A stretch of 64,000 nt of DNA. It comes from an uncultured virus (IMG/VR IMGVR_UViG_3300003937_000027) (taxonomy: Duplodnaviria > Heunggongvirae > Uroviricota > Caudoviricetes). This document shows positions 1 to 9,384 of the stretch, piece by piece (positions within the stretch are counted from its first letter, which is position 1; every line of letters starts with the position of its first letter). Location of the stretch: IMG/VR virus record IMGVR_UViG_3300003937_000027, one strand, 5' to 3'. A model generated the notes under the pieces. That model did not search any database and had not been told where the DNA came from. It saw nothing but the letters and a program-made list of their open reading frames with translations. A program made the position numbers and the translations under genes.

Positions 1-29
1 GTGTTCATAACATCCATGAACCTGCAATT

Positions 30-341
30 TTGAATAAAGTAAATGCTTTTGTTGGCTCTATTGCTAATGGAGAATACATCAAACCTGAGGCTGCTCTTAA
101 TCAATTAAGTGCAAAATTAAGTACAATTGGTGTGACAGTAAAAGATAAAATTGAAATTAAAGATAAAAAGGGTAACTTTGAAAGTGCATTAGTTTATGCT
201 GGAGGCCGTTTCGGAAAAGATACTGACGGTTCTGATTTAAATGATGATGGTATATCTCATAAAGGTAATAGTATAAAACTAAAAGGTAATTACGAAACAT
301 TAAAGAACGGCGCTGTTAAAGTTTATGCAGAGCTTGGCTAA
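30..341 (+). CDS. hypothetical phage protein (probably 5'-truncated by the window)
   Basis: Reading frame appears to run in from the window edge; its stop overlaps the next ATG (TAATG). Confidence 0.6.
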   Translation: MNKVNAFVGSIANGEYIKPEAALNQLSAKLSTIGVTVKDKIEIKDKKGNFESALVYAGGRFGKDTDGSDLNDDGISHKGNSIKLKGNYETLKNGAVKVYAELG

Positions 342-703
342 TGTTTGATAGGATAACAAAGAAAAATTGGTTATTTTACGCTATAAAAAACTACAATGTT
401 CCTAATTTAGATAGTGAACAGGAGTTTTATGAGGATGTAAAAAGATTTAAATATCTTAAACGTCTATTTCGTAAATATAAAACCACAGGCGAACTGAAAA
501 CTAGATTAGTATTAAATCATATTATAGTATTAACAAATGTATTTGGTAATGAGGCAGCGGCTACATTATTATTATTTAAAGTTGAAAGAGAGTATTGGTC
601 GGTATTAAAAACTTTCTTACAATATTTAAATGTAATTACAATAGATGAGTTGCCAAACATAAAAGTACATAAAACTTTGTTGTCAAGTTTGGAGAAATTA
701 TAA
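341..703 (+). CDS. conserved T4-like phage hypothetical protein
   Basis: 120 aa, EFYEDVKRFKYLKRL...RLVLNHIIVL.NVFG motif typical of marine T4-like phages; translationally coupled. Confidence 0.7.
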   Translation: MFDRITKKNWLFYAIKNYNVPNLDSEQEFYEDVKRFKYLKRLFRKYKTTGELKTRLVLNHIIVLTNVFGNEAAATLLLFKVEREYWSVLKTFLQYLNVITIDELPNIKVHKTLLSSLEKL

Positions 704-1293
704 TGGGACGAGCCATAGATTTATTAATAACATATAGAGTAATCAAAATGTTGGTTACACCTTGGACGAGCCATGACGCATATAAGTATGGGATTATTGA
801 TGATAATGGAAAAATATTACGAAGAATGAGAGACCTGAAGATAGCTAAAGAGAAAGATTCTTATACTATACTTCATAGATTTGTTTTTAATTTGAAAAGA
901 TTACTAGGGTTATTACCTGGAGGTAAATCAAAGTTTGCTTCATATGCAGCTGCTTTGGCTTTATTATTAAAAGAAAACAAAGATGTAAATGCTATTGAAA
1001 TAGAAAAAGCATTGTACAAACATCTTGTTGAGAATAATTTAATAGCATATGATGATGATGTAAAAGAGTCTGTTGGATTTGATTTCTTACCAGAAGGTAA
1101 ATATATAATGACAGATAGATTGGAAGATTTAGAAGGTGATACAACTGGTGATGTAGGTGATGTTGTTTATACAACTGAAAACCAAAAACCTTTTGAGAAT
1201 TATTTTGGAGTTAATCTTTACCATGTTATAAACGAAGATACAAGAAAACAGATTATAGTATCCGAGGATAATATAGAGAGGATAAAATTGTAA
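703..1293 (+). CDS. conserved T4-like phage hypothetical protein
   Basis: 196 aa, AYKYGIID..GK...FHRFVFNLKRLL-type motif; coupled to the upstream ORF. Confidence 0.7.
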   Translation: MGRAIDLLITYRVIKMLVTPWTSHDAYKYGIIDDNGKILRRMRDLKIAKEKDSYTILHRFVFNLKRLLGLLPGGKSKFASYAAALALLLKENKDVNAIEIEKALYKHLVENNLIAYDDDVKESVGFDFLPEGKYIMTDRLEDLEGDTTGDVGDVVYTTENQKPFENYFGVNLYHVINEDTRKQIIVSEDNIERIKL

Positions 1294-1701
1294 ATGAAAT
1301 CGTTTAAAGAATTTAGAATTTCAGAAGACGCTCCTACAAATGCAGTAGGCGATGGATCAAATGTTGCAATGCCACCATCACACGAGCCTGGTGTTCACGT
1401 AAAGAAGAAAAAGAAAGAGAATCCTTTAACAAGATTAATCAGTAGATTTAAAGTAAAGGAAGACTATAATAAGATAGAGGTTGAAAACTTAATTAACAAG
1501 ATTGAAAGTAGCCAAGAGGTACAATTAACTCAAATTGAACCTATCAAAAACAATATAAAATCTAAAAAACAACAAGGTACATATACTGAACAATTTGGTA
1601 TGGCTGCATTTAGATATGTGGTAGATAGTCAAATCACATCAACTGTATCTGAAAAATTTAGAAATCAGGTTGCTTCTCAATTACTTTCAAAACACGTATG
1701 A
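1294..1701 (+). CDS. hypothetical protein (possible virion/internal protein)
   Basis: MKSFKEF...EDAPTNAVG N-terminus typical of T4-like head-targeted proteins. Confidence 0.55.
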   Translation: MKSFKEFRISEDAPTNAVGDGSNVAMPPSHEPGVHVKKKKKENPLTRLISRFKVKEDYNKIEVENLINKIESSQEVQLTQIEPIKNNIKSKKQQGTYTEQFGMAAFRYVVDSQITSTVSEKFRNQVASQLLSKHV

Positions 1702-1955
1702 AAACATTTAAAGAAATAAGAGGAGAGAGTTATATGAGAGGGTTTGGAATAGGTCCTTTAGATACATTAAAACCTATGAACTCTATGGGTTCATCTGGTC
1801 AATTTTTTCCAAACAGAAGATACGCAACTACAATGCCTGCTTTAACAGCAACGGCAAAGGGACCTGGGTTGGGAACAATTAAACCGTCAGCAAGTATGTT
1901 GACTGCAAACAAAAAGAAAAACAAAAAGGGAGATAAAGATGTCAGAAGAAATTAG
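1698..1955 (+). CDS. hypothetical protein
   Basis: MKTFKE N-terminus, ATGA overlap. Confidence 0.5.
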   Translation: MKTFKEIRGESYMRGFGIGPLDTLKPMNSMGSSGQFFPNRRYATTMPALTATAKGPGLGTIKPSASMLTANKKKNKKGDKDVRRN

Positions 1956-2106
1956 ATATGGCGCTGGTGGCGTTCCTTACAAAGCAAAAGCCGCAGTAGC
2001 GCCTAAGGAAAAAGTTAAAAAAGCTGAAGTTAAAGACGAAGTAATTTCAGAAATTTTAATTAAAAATCCTAATAAAGAAGACAAAGAAGAAAACAAAAAG
2101 GACTAA
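1939..2106 (+). CDS. small Lys/Glu-rich hypothetical protein (not in ORF track)
   Basis: GGGAG RBS; MSEEIRYGAGGVPYKAK...KKD, 55 aa; fills the gap. Confidence 0.5.
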   Translation: MSEEIRYGAGGVPYKAKAAVAPKEKVKKAEVKDEVISEILIKNPNKEDKEENKKD

Positions 2107-2112
2107 TCATAT

Positions 2113-2694
2113 ATGATAGAAACATTAATCGCATTAGCAATGAAGTTTTGGATGTGGTCATTATTAATATTATTTGTTGTTATAGGTTTTGTTATTAATT
2201 TACTAGATAAAAGAAAAACAACGAGCTTAAATTTTTCTTATGAAAAGTTACCACACTTACAACCACTTGTTATGCCTACAAAAGATAAAGGTTTTTTTAG
2301 AGGTATAGTGATGTGGTTATTAAGCACAAGAAATTGGAAACTTTTAACTGATTTTAGATATACTATGCACGGTATAGATTATGTGATACCTGAAGGTTTT
2401 ACATTTGACGGTGCAAGTATTCCTAAATTTTTAAGATCGTTTTTTTCACCAGTTGGTGTATTACTAATTGGTGGTCTTGTACACGATTTTATGTACAAGT
2501 ATGCTGCTTTAAAACCTGCAGCTAAAAAAGGTTCACTTCTATTAGTTGATCAAAAGAAAGCAGATCAAATCTTTAGAGATATAAACATAGAGGTAAACGG
2601 CTTCTATTTTATGAACTACTTGGCGTACTGGTCATTAAGATTAGGTGGTTGGCTCGCTTGGAATGGTCATAGAAGAAGAAATATTAAACTTTAA
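2113..2694 (+). CDS. DUF1353-family protein with N-terminal TM
   Basis: IPEGFTFDGASIP...GGLVHDFMY...ADQIF motif. Confidence 0.75.
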   Translation: MIETLIALAMKFWMWSLLILFVVIGFVINLLDKRKTTSLNFSYEKLPHLQPLVMPTKDKGFFRGIVMWLLSTRNWKLLTDFRYTMHGIDYVIPEGFTFDGASIPKFLRSFFSPVGVLLIGGLVHDFMYKYAALKPAAKKGSLLLVDQKKADQIFRDINIEVNGFYFMNYLAYWSLRLGGWLAWNGHRRRNIKL

Positions 2695-2710
2695 AAAGGA
2701 GATAAAAAAT

Positions 2711-2872
2711 ATGTTAAGTTGGATTACAAATAGAGTAAAAGAAGTATCATCATGGCATGGCGGTGCTTTAATTGCAATGGGTCTAATAATATTGTTTGCT
2801 GGACCTATAGCTAAAATGGCTGCATGGGCTGCTATCGCTTGGGGCTTGTGGGCAATTTGGAAAAAAGGCTAA
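2711..2872 (+). CDS. small two-TM membrane protein (holin candidate)
   Basis: AAGGAG RBS; R.KE.SSWHG plus two hydrophobic segments; directly upstream of the spanin pair. Confidence 0.5.
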   Translation: MLSWITNRVKEVSSWHGGALIAMGLIILFAGPIAKMAAWAAIAWGLWAIWKKG

Positions 2873-2873
2873 A

Positions 2874-3341
2874 ATGTTTGGCCTTAGATTATTTTTTATA
2901 GGAATAGTTGCTACCGCCATTGCTGGCGGTGGCTTCTATGTGATGAAGTTGAGAAGTGATAATGCTATTTTGAAACTAAATCAAATCAAATTAGAATCAG
3001 CAGTCGCTGAACAACAACAACTCATAGAAAATCAACAGAAGGACTTTGAAGAAATACTAGTCGCAAATCAAAAGATGAACGAGTTAGTAGGTGTTTTGAA
3101 AAAAGACCTTGATGATTTAGATAAAAGATTTAACAAAAAAAATAGAGATGTAGGCAAGCTTGCAATTTCAAAAACAAAAGCAATAGAACGAATTACAAAC
3201 AATGGTTCTAAAAATGCTAATAGATGTATGGAAATAGCAAGTGGTGCTGAATTAACAGAAAAAGAAAAGAATGCTACAAAGAAGTCCGAAATTAATCCTG
3301 AATGTCCTAGTATCGCTAATCCTAATTACGTTCCTTACTAG
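2874..3341 (+). CDS. inner-membrane spanin (Rz-like)
   Basis: N-terminal TM, long coiled coil, C-terminal Cys pair; overlaps a lipoprotein gene. Confidence 0.6.
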   Translation: MFGLRLFFIGIVATAIAGGGFYVMKLRSDNAILKLNQIKLESAVAEQQQLIENQQKDFEEILVANQKMNELVGVLKKDLDDLDKRFNKKNRDVGKLAISKTKAIERITNNGSKNANRCMEIASGAELTEKEKNATKKSEINPECPSIANPNYVPY

Positions 3342-3663
3342 TTGCTCGGGTGTTAAAAAATTAAGTATCTTCAAAGAAGAGGTGCCTAGAGCACAACTTA
3401 ATTTAGATAAACCTACGCCACTACAATTAGAACAATTACAATGGATTATTATTACTAGTGAGAACGCTGAGGAAGTGTTCAAAAAACTAGAGGAAAAGGG
3501 TATAGACCCAGTATTATGGGGATTAACAGACAAAGACTTTGAATTATTAGCAAAAAACTTCGCAAGAATTAGAAATCAAATGAAGATTACAAATGATTTA
3601 CTAGATAAATATAAAGAGTATTACGAAGGAGAAGACGAGAAGAAAGAGGGAGACTCAAAGTAA
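3271..3663 (+). CDS. outer-membrane spanin lipoprotein (Rz1-like)
   Basis: Lipobox LTSC, Pro-containing stretch; start embedded in the 3' end of the i-spanin gene. Confidence 0.6.
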   Translation: MLQRSPKLILNVLVSLILITFLTSCSGVKKLSIFKEEVPRAQLNLDKPTPLQLEQLQWIIITSENAEEVFKKLEEKGIDPVLWGLTDKDFELLAKNFARIRNQMKITNDLLDKYKEYYEGEDEKKEGDSK

Positions 3664-3729
3664 ACCAGGAAAAAAGATGTCGCTCCAAAAGCGGAGTAGC
3701 TTTTTGCTGAAAAAGACGGACAATATAAT

Positions 3730-4179
3730 ATGGGTAGATTAAATATATCAAGTGAATCGGCAGTAAGTATGCCAATGAAAAACTTAATTGCTATTGTTGG
3801 AGCAGTAGCTATGGGAGTGTGGGCTTACTTCGGTGTGATTGAGCGATTGAACAAATTGGAAACTAATACAACACTATTAGAAAAAGATTTAATACAGACA
3901 GAGGAAGCGCTTACAACTGATATTGAACAGAATAACGAATTTAGGATTAAATGGCCAAGGGGAGATTTAGGTTCTCCACCTGCTGATTCAGAGCAATTTA
4001 TGCTGATTGAATTTTTAAGTGGCCAGGTGGAATCTATACAGAAGCAACTTGAAGGAATGATGAACAATAAGGTTAACATTGAAAGGTTACAGACAGATAT
4101 GGATAAAGCTTTAGAAGATATAGAAAAATTAAAGGACAAATTAAGAGAAGCCAAGAACGGCTATAACACAGGAGAATAA
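3730..4179 (+). CDS. membrane-anchored coiled-coil protein
   Basis: One TM followed by heptad repeats. Confidence 0.6.
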   Translation: MGRLNISSESAVSMPMKNLIAIVGAVAMGVWAYFGVIERLNKLETNTTLLEKDLIQTEEALTTDIEQNNEFRIKWPRGDLGSPPADSEQFMLIEFLSGQVESIQKQLEGMMNNKVNIERLQTDMDKALEDIEKLKDKLREAKNGYNTGE

Positions 4180-4182
4180 CAT

Positions 4183-4485
4183 ATGGACGCAACAACTTTA
4201 GTCACTATAATAACAATGTTTGTTGTGACAAATACATCAAGCGAATTTATAAAATATGATGGATTAATGGATTGTCTTAAAGACAAAAGAGCCATAGAAA
4301 AGAAAAAAGATGGTCGTAGAGCAATTTGTGGTCCATCCATGGCAGAAATTGACGCAGACGGTAACATTGTCAGTATTAAAAATAAAATGCCAGACCAATC
4401 AGGTAGTTTAAAACTTGGTGGTACAGCGAAGTCACTTACTGAAAAGAAAAAGAAGAAACAAACAGAAGTGTTAACACAGGATTAA
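4183..4485 (+). CDS. hypothetical exported protein
   Basis: GGAG RBS; DCLK.KR..EK motif shared with 5526..5996. Confidence 0.55.
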   Translation: MDATTLVTIITMFVVTNTSSEFIKYDGLMDCLKDKRAIEKKKDGRRAICGPSMAEIDADGNIVSIKNKMPDQSGSLKLGGTAKSLTEKKKKKQTEVLTQD

Positions 4486-4489
4486 TTAT

Positions 4490-5524
4490 ATGAAAAAATT
4501 ATTAATGATATTATTTACAACTCTATTATTAGTAGGTTGTAATACAAATAAAAGTATTAAAATAGAACAAGAAGTAGGTTTACTTCAAACTGTAAAAGAA
4601 CGAGGTTATGTTGTATGTGGAGTTAATGCAGGCTTGCCTGGTTTCTCTGCTCAGGATGACGCAGGAAACTGGAGTGGTTTAGATGTTGACTTCTGTAAAG
4701 CAGTATCCGCTGGCATATTTGGAGATTCAAGTAAAGTAGAATTTGTAGGATTAAATGCTGCTCAAAGATTTCCAACATTAGCGTCTGGCAATATTGATGT
4801 ACTTGCAAGAAACACAACTTGGACAATCAGTAGAGATGTGAACTTAATGTTTGAATTTGCAGGTGTTAATTATTATGATGGTCAAGGATTTTTAGTACCA
4901 ACACATTTAGAGATTAGAAGTGCAACACAATTAGATGGTGCGTTTGTTTGTATTACAAAAGAAACTACAAGTGAATTAAATCTAAATGATTATTTTGCAG
5001 AAAATAATATGCAATATCAACCAATTTATGTTGAAGGTAATAAAGACGCAAAGGCAAAACTATTTGCTGGCGAGTGTGATGTATTTACTACAGACGCTTC
5101 TGGTTTAGCATCCGCAAGAGCAGGTGCAGAAGACCCTAGTAAATGGGTAGTCTTACCAGAAATTATATCTAAAGAACCATTAGGTCCACTTGTAAGACAA
5201 GGCGACCAAGAGTGGGAAGATGTAATAAGATGGACACATTTCATTATGATAAATGCTGAAGAGGCAGGTATTACTTCTGAAAATGTTGACTCAATGTTAG
5301 ATAGTAAGAACAAAGAAGTTTTAAGAATTTTAGGTGAAGAAGGTTATATCGGTCCTATGTTAGGACTTGGTATGAAATTTGGTTATAATATTATCAAACA
5401 AGTTGGTAATTACGGAGAATCTTTTGAAAGAAACGTAGGACCAAAAACACCTCTTGCATTAGAAAGAGGACTAAATAAACTATGGAAGGATGGTGGCGTG
5501 ATGTACGTACCACCAATCAGATAA
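4490..5524 (+). CDS. aapJ: general L-amino-acid ABC transporter substrate-binding protein (AapJ/BztA family), lipoprotein
   Basis: V..RGYVVCGVN.GLPGFS, RF..L.SG.IDVL.RNTTWT..RD, YYDGQGF, ISKEPLGPLVRQGD, VGNYGE.FERNVG signatures; LLLVGC lipobox. Confidence 0.9.
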   Translation: MKKLLMILFTTLLLVGCNTNKSIKIEQEVGLLQTVKERGYVVCGVNAGLPGFSAQDDAGNWSGLDVDFCKAVSAGIFGDSSKVEFVGLNAAQRFPTLASGNIDVLARNTTWTISRDVNLMFEFAGVNYYDGQGFLVPTHLEIRSATQLDGAFVCITKETTSELNLNDYFAENNMQYQPIYVEGNKDAKAKLFAGECDVFTTDASGLASARAGAEDPSKWVVLPEIISKEPLGPLVRQGDQEWEDVIRWTHFIMINAEEAGITSENVDSMLDSKNKEVLRILGEEGYIGPMLGLGMKFGYNIIKQVGNYGESFERNVGPKTPLALERGLNKLWKDGGVMYVPPIR

Positions 5525-5525
5525 T

Positions 5526-5996
5526 ATGTTTAAAAAAATTAAAGACGCAATTAAATTTCACAATCCATGGGAAAAATGGGCTGTGATAATTTGTCTTGCT
5601 GTATTATTATGTGTTAGTTTTTCAGCTGCTAAAGCAGACTGCACAGGTTGTGGAGATGATGGTCATCAACAATGTCCATTAGACGGCAATGAACATTCAC
5701 ACGCACCAAAACCCGAAGTAGTATTTGCTGTTTGTGTATTTGCAGATGGCTCATTGATAGACCATAAAGGTGCTAACTCAATGTCCGATTGCTTAAAGAC
5801 TAAAAGAGAAGTTGAAAAGGCTTGGAGAAATAAATCAGAAGAAACAGATAGTGTTGAAATAAATGGTATTACTTACAAGATTGATGGAGAAAGTTTAGCA
5901 TTTATGTGTGATTTAGTGGATGCTCAAGTACATCATTATGAAGATGGTACTTGGGAAATTATAGAAATTTTAGGTAAACATAAAAAGGACGAATAA
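5526..5996 (+). CDS. Cys/His-rich exported hypothetical protein
   Basis: Signal peptide, DCTGC...C, DCLKTKREVEK motif. Confidence 0.6.
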   Translation: MFKKIKDAIKFHNPWEKWAVIICLAVLLCVSFSAAKADCTGCGDDGHQQCPLDGNEHSHAPKPEVVFAVCVFADGSLIDHKGANSMSDCLKTKREVEKAWRNKSEETDSVEINGITYKIDGESLAFMCDLVDAQVHHYEDGTWEIIEILGKHKKDE

Positions 5997-6002
5997 TTTA
6001 CA

Positions 6003-6170
6003 ATGATAGATAATGATACAATATTGACAATATCCAGATTATGGCCAATCTTTGTGGCATTTATTATCCTAATTATTAACCTAGCACAATCTCATTACAG
6101 AATTAAGGTATTAGAGGAAAAAGTTAAGACAGCTTTTGATTTAATTAATAAGTTACAAGATAAAAAATAA
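6003..6170 (+). CDS. small TM + coiled-coil protein (not in ORF track)
   Basis: MIDNDT...LWPIFVAFIILIINLAQ...RIKVLEEKVK, 55 aa. Confidence 0.55.
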   Translation: MIDNDTILTISRLWPIFVAFIILIINLAQSHYRIKVLEEKVKTAFDLINKLQDKK

Positions 6171-6184
6171 ATAAATATTATATT

Positions 6185-7003
6185 ATGGGAACGAACTTGA
6201 AAAGAATGATAGTAAGTGGTGATAGTTGCACCGAAGCAGAATTTTGGTCTAATTGTCATCCTACTTGGGATTTTAATTATCCAAAATGGCCTGAATATGT
6301 AGCCGAACATTTTGGTTTGAAGTTAATTAATTTAGCTAGAGGCGGACAAGGCAATCAATACATATATCACACACTATTAGAAGAAGTTACAAATACACCT
6401 AAAGAAGACATAGGTTTAGTTATGGCTGGTTGGTCACAATGTCATAGAAAAGATTATGAAACAGGTTGGATGAATAATTGTTGGCATTCCAAAAGAGTAG
6501 ATCAGGATGGCGACTTATTACATTGGGTAAGTAAAACTTTAAGACACTATTTAAGTTTTCAAATAATGTGTGAAAGATATAGTCTACCATACTATCATTT
6601 CCAAATGGGTGATTTATTTGAATGTTATTTGAACGGATTACAACCTACTGAAAATGACAGATTATTAGGCAAGACAGATGAAAATGATACAATGGAATAT
6701 CCAGGAAAAAGAGATAGAGATGAACAACATATACTTGGTAGAATTACGTCATATGATCCTCACATAAAGAATTTTATTGGTTGGCCAGGCCTACAAGATA
6801 AGTATAGAGGATTTAATTGGCAGTTAGCTGGTAAAAAAGGATTTACTATGCACGATCAAATAATAGGTAAAGATAGGGTAGAAATAAAAAGAAGACAAAG
6901 ATCCGTATCAGAATTAGATGATCATCCGAATAAAGAAGGTCATAAAGCAATGGCAGATTTTATAATAGGACAAATGACTGGCTTTGATCCAAATGCTAGA
7001 TAA
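6185..7003 (+). CDS. SGNH/GDSL hydrolase-like protein
   Basis: GDSCT block I, INLARGGQGN block II, DDHPNKEGH block V. Confidence 0.7.
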   Translation: MGTNLKRMIVSGDSCTEAEFWSNCHPTWDFNYPKWPEYVAEHFGLKLINLARGGQGNQYIYHTLLEEVTNTPKEDIGLVMAGWSQCHRKDYETGWMNNCWHSKRVDQDGDLLHWVSKTLRHYLSFQIMCERYSLPYYHFQMGDLFECYLNGLQPTENDRLLGKTDENDTMEYPGKRDRDEQHILGRITSYDPHIKNFIGWPGLQDKYRGFNWQLAGKKGFTMHDQIIGKDRVEIKRRQRSVSELDDHPNKEGHKAMADFIIGQMTGFDPNAR

Positions 7004-7084
7004 GATTTACTTCTACGCAGGTATTATCGGTATAGTAATTACTTTAAGTATCACTCTTATTTGGCTATTCAGTTTTTTATTCTA

Positions 7085-7699
7085 ATGAAAAAAAATATAA
7101 TTAAAAAAGATAAAACTTTATTATTATTAATTGAGTTTGAAGGCGTTCCAGAAGCACAAGCCGACAATCTACTTGATGAGATTAGGTATAGTTATCTAAA
7201 AAGATTACTATTTGAGCACCCAGCAACTTCTTTACTTATTCTATCAGACCACCGAAGAGCAAATACTAGAATAGCCGCAATATTAGATCATTTACAAGAT
7301 AGTAGAAGAACACATACACATTCCATTGTGAATATTACACCAATCAAAACAACAATGGAAGATATCTACTCTATAGCAGATGTCCAAGGTTATAATATTC
7401 AGAATGTTATTGTAGCAGGTTGTAATACAACAGGTTGTGTCTTTGAATCTATGCCTTATTCAGCAGTAAAATGGGCTCAAGCAGGCCATTTTGTACAGAT
7501 AGTATTACCAATGTGTGGTGACGCTGACATACACGGTATAGGTCCTGAAAAATATATAAGATCATTTGCTCGTTTATATAAAAAAATTAAAAAGGCTAAT
7601 GTTTTTAAAAATGTTGAAATAGTAAGTGAACTTCATACTGTGTTGCATTTTAATAATGGTGTGCAATCTAACAGATTTGATATAGAACCTAAAATTTAA
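7085..7699 (+). CDS. isochorismatase/cysteine-hydrolase-fold protein
   Basis: LLLIEF...VIVAGCNTTGCV motif; ATG at 7085 overlaps the stop of a 30-aa TM ORF (6993..7085). Confidence 0.5.
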   Translation: MKKNIIKKDKTLLLLIEFEGVPEAQADNLLDEIRYSYLKRLLFEHPATSLLILSDHRRANTRIAAILDHLQDSRRTHTHSIVNITPIKTTMEDIYSIADVQGYNIQNVIVAGCNTTGCVFESMPYSAVKWAQAGHFVQIVLPMCGDADIHGIGPEKYIRSFARLYKKIKKANVFKNVEIVSELHTVLHFNNGVQSNRFDIEPKI

Positions 7700-9326
7700 T
7701 AGTATAGACGTTTATAGGTTCTTCTTTACCTTTTACTTTAATCTCATCAATATATTTAAAATTAAATCTTTCAAATAAAGGTTCTCTAGTATTTTCAGAT
7801 ATAACAATATCTTGTCCTAAAGTTTTACTTGAACTTTCCAATCTACTTGCTAAATTAACAGCGTCTCCTATTACTGAATAATCAAACCTTTGTTCAGACC
7901 CCATATTACCTACAAGACATTGACCAGTATTGATACCTATACCTATGTTTAAAGGTGGATCAAACTCTTTAGTTTTATTCATTAATGCTAGTTTTTGTTT
8001 CATCTCTTTAGCAGATTTAACTGCCATCTCTCTATGATTTTTACAATCTAATGGTGCGTTCCAAAATGCCATAATACAATCACCCATATACTTGTCTATT
8101 GTCCCTTCATTTTTTAATATAATATTTGTCATTGCAGTTAGAAACTTATTAACATAACGAGTAAGTTGTTCAGGATTATCTTTAAACCTTTCTGATATAG
8201 GAGTAAAACCTCTAATATCTGAAAATAAAAATGTTAATTCTTTTCTTTCCCCACCTAGTTTTAATAGAGAAGGATCTTTTTGTAATTTTTTAACCATACC
8301 AGGTGCAAGGTAATGCTCAAATTGTTTTTTGATTTGTAGTTTTAATCTATTCTCTCTAGCAAAATTATTATAGATTAAATGAGACCATATAATACTTCCT
8401 ATAATCATAGGAGTTATCCAATCAACCATTATCATATGTTGAGTCCATAGATAACCACTTGCAAGTGCTATATCAAAATAGAAACCTACTAAACATAATG
8501 CAGACCATAGTAATCCTAATCTAGGCATTATAATCAAAAGGAATAATAAAGCAATTATAGTTATTCCTATTTCACTTATATACAACCAATTAGGTCTTGT
8601 AATAAACTTACCAGACAATAAAGTTTCTGTTGACAATGCCATTATTTCGTGTGTGTTTTTTAAACCGTTTGGAGTAAGAACGAAAGTAGAACCTTTAAAG
8701 GTTGTTCCAATAAAAACTATTTTACCCTTCATAGATGACCAATCTTTATCAGTATAATCTATTCTAGGTATCTGGTGTCTGAAATCAATCCAAATATCGT
8801 CTTGGTTAGGTATTGGAAATTTAATGACTTTCAGTATAACACTTGGGACGGATTTGTCAAGCGGTAATTTTCTAATAGTACCATCAATATCAATAGGCAC
8901 TTCTACATTTCCTACAGCAAGTGCTTTTCTCTCTATACTTTTTAGGTTTTTTGCTTGACTTGTTTCAGTTAATATGATAGGGTACTTGGTAATCATCTTC
9001 AAAAACATTTCATCACCACCTAATCTATCTTTATGTACAAAGACTACATTTAAGAAGACTAGAGCTGCACCATTTTTATATGCGTTGATTATAGTACGAC
9101 CTAATAAATCTCTTTTCCAAGGCCATTGACCAGATTTAACTAAAGCTTCATCCGAAATATCCAGGAGTACTAGACTTTTGGATTCGTAGTTATTCCCAAA
9201 ATTTTGATAATTATCTAAAGCAGAAAGTCTTGTTTTTTGTATCAATACAGGATTAGAAATATAGATTATAATCAATATTAAAGCAATCATCCATACAGAC
9301 CATTTATTAGTTAGCAGTTTTATCAT
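7689..9326 (-). CDS. CHASE2-domain membrane adenylate cyclase (class III)
   Basis: N-terminal TM, CHASE2 (LLDISDEAL...GQWPWKR, DIDGTIRK, GKIVFIG), 3 TMs, cyclase FSDIRGFT / DKYMGDCIMAFWNAP / DYSVIGDAVNLASRLES / VKGK. Confidence 0.92.
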   Translation of the reverse strand: MIKLLTNKWSVWMIALILIIIYISNPVLIQKTRLSALDNYQNFGNNYESKSLVLLDISDEALVKSGQWPWKRDLLGRTIINAYKNGAALVFLNVVFVHKDRLGGDEMFLKMITKYPIILTETSQAKNLKSIERKALAVGNVEVPIDIDGTIRKLPLDKSVPSVILKVIKFPIPNQDDIWIDFRHQIPRIDYTDKDWSSMKGKIVFIGTTFKGSTFVLTPNGLKNTHEIMALSTETLLSGKFITRPNWLYISEIGITIIALLFLLIIMPRLGLLWSALCLVGFYFDIALASGYLWTQHMIMVDWITPMIIGSIIWSHLIYNNFARENRLKLQIKKQFEHYLAPGMVKKLQKDPSLLKLGGERKELTFLFSDIRGFTPISERFKDNPEQLTRYVNKFLTAMTNIILKNEGTIDKYMGDCIMAFWNAPLDCKNHREMAVKSAKEMKQKLALMNKTKEFDPPLNIGIGINTGQCLVGNMGSEQRFDYSVIGDAVNLASRLESSSKTLGQDIVISENTREPLFERFNFKYIDEIKVKGKEEPINVYTIKF

Positions 9327-9354
9327 ATTATCTATTTATTTAGCCAACTTATCA

Positions 9355-9362
9355 TATAAATA
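9355..9362 (+). promoter_or_regulatory. T4-type late promoter TATAAATA upstream of csgF
   Basis: Exact TATAAATA 22 nt before the ATG; AATAAATA on the opposite strand faces the cyclase gene. Confidence 0.7.
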
Positions 9363-9384
9363 ATAGTATCATAAGGGGAGAAAT

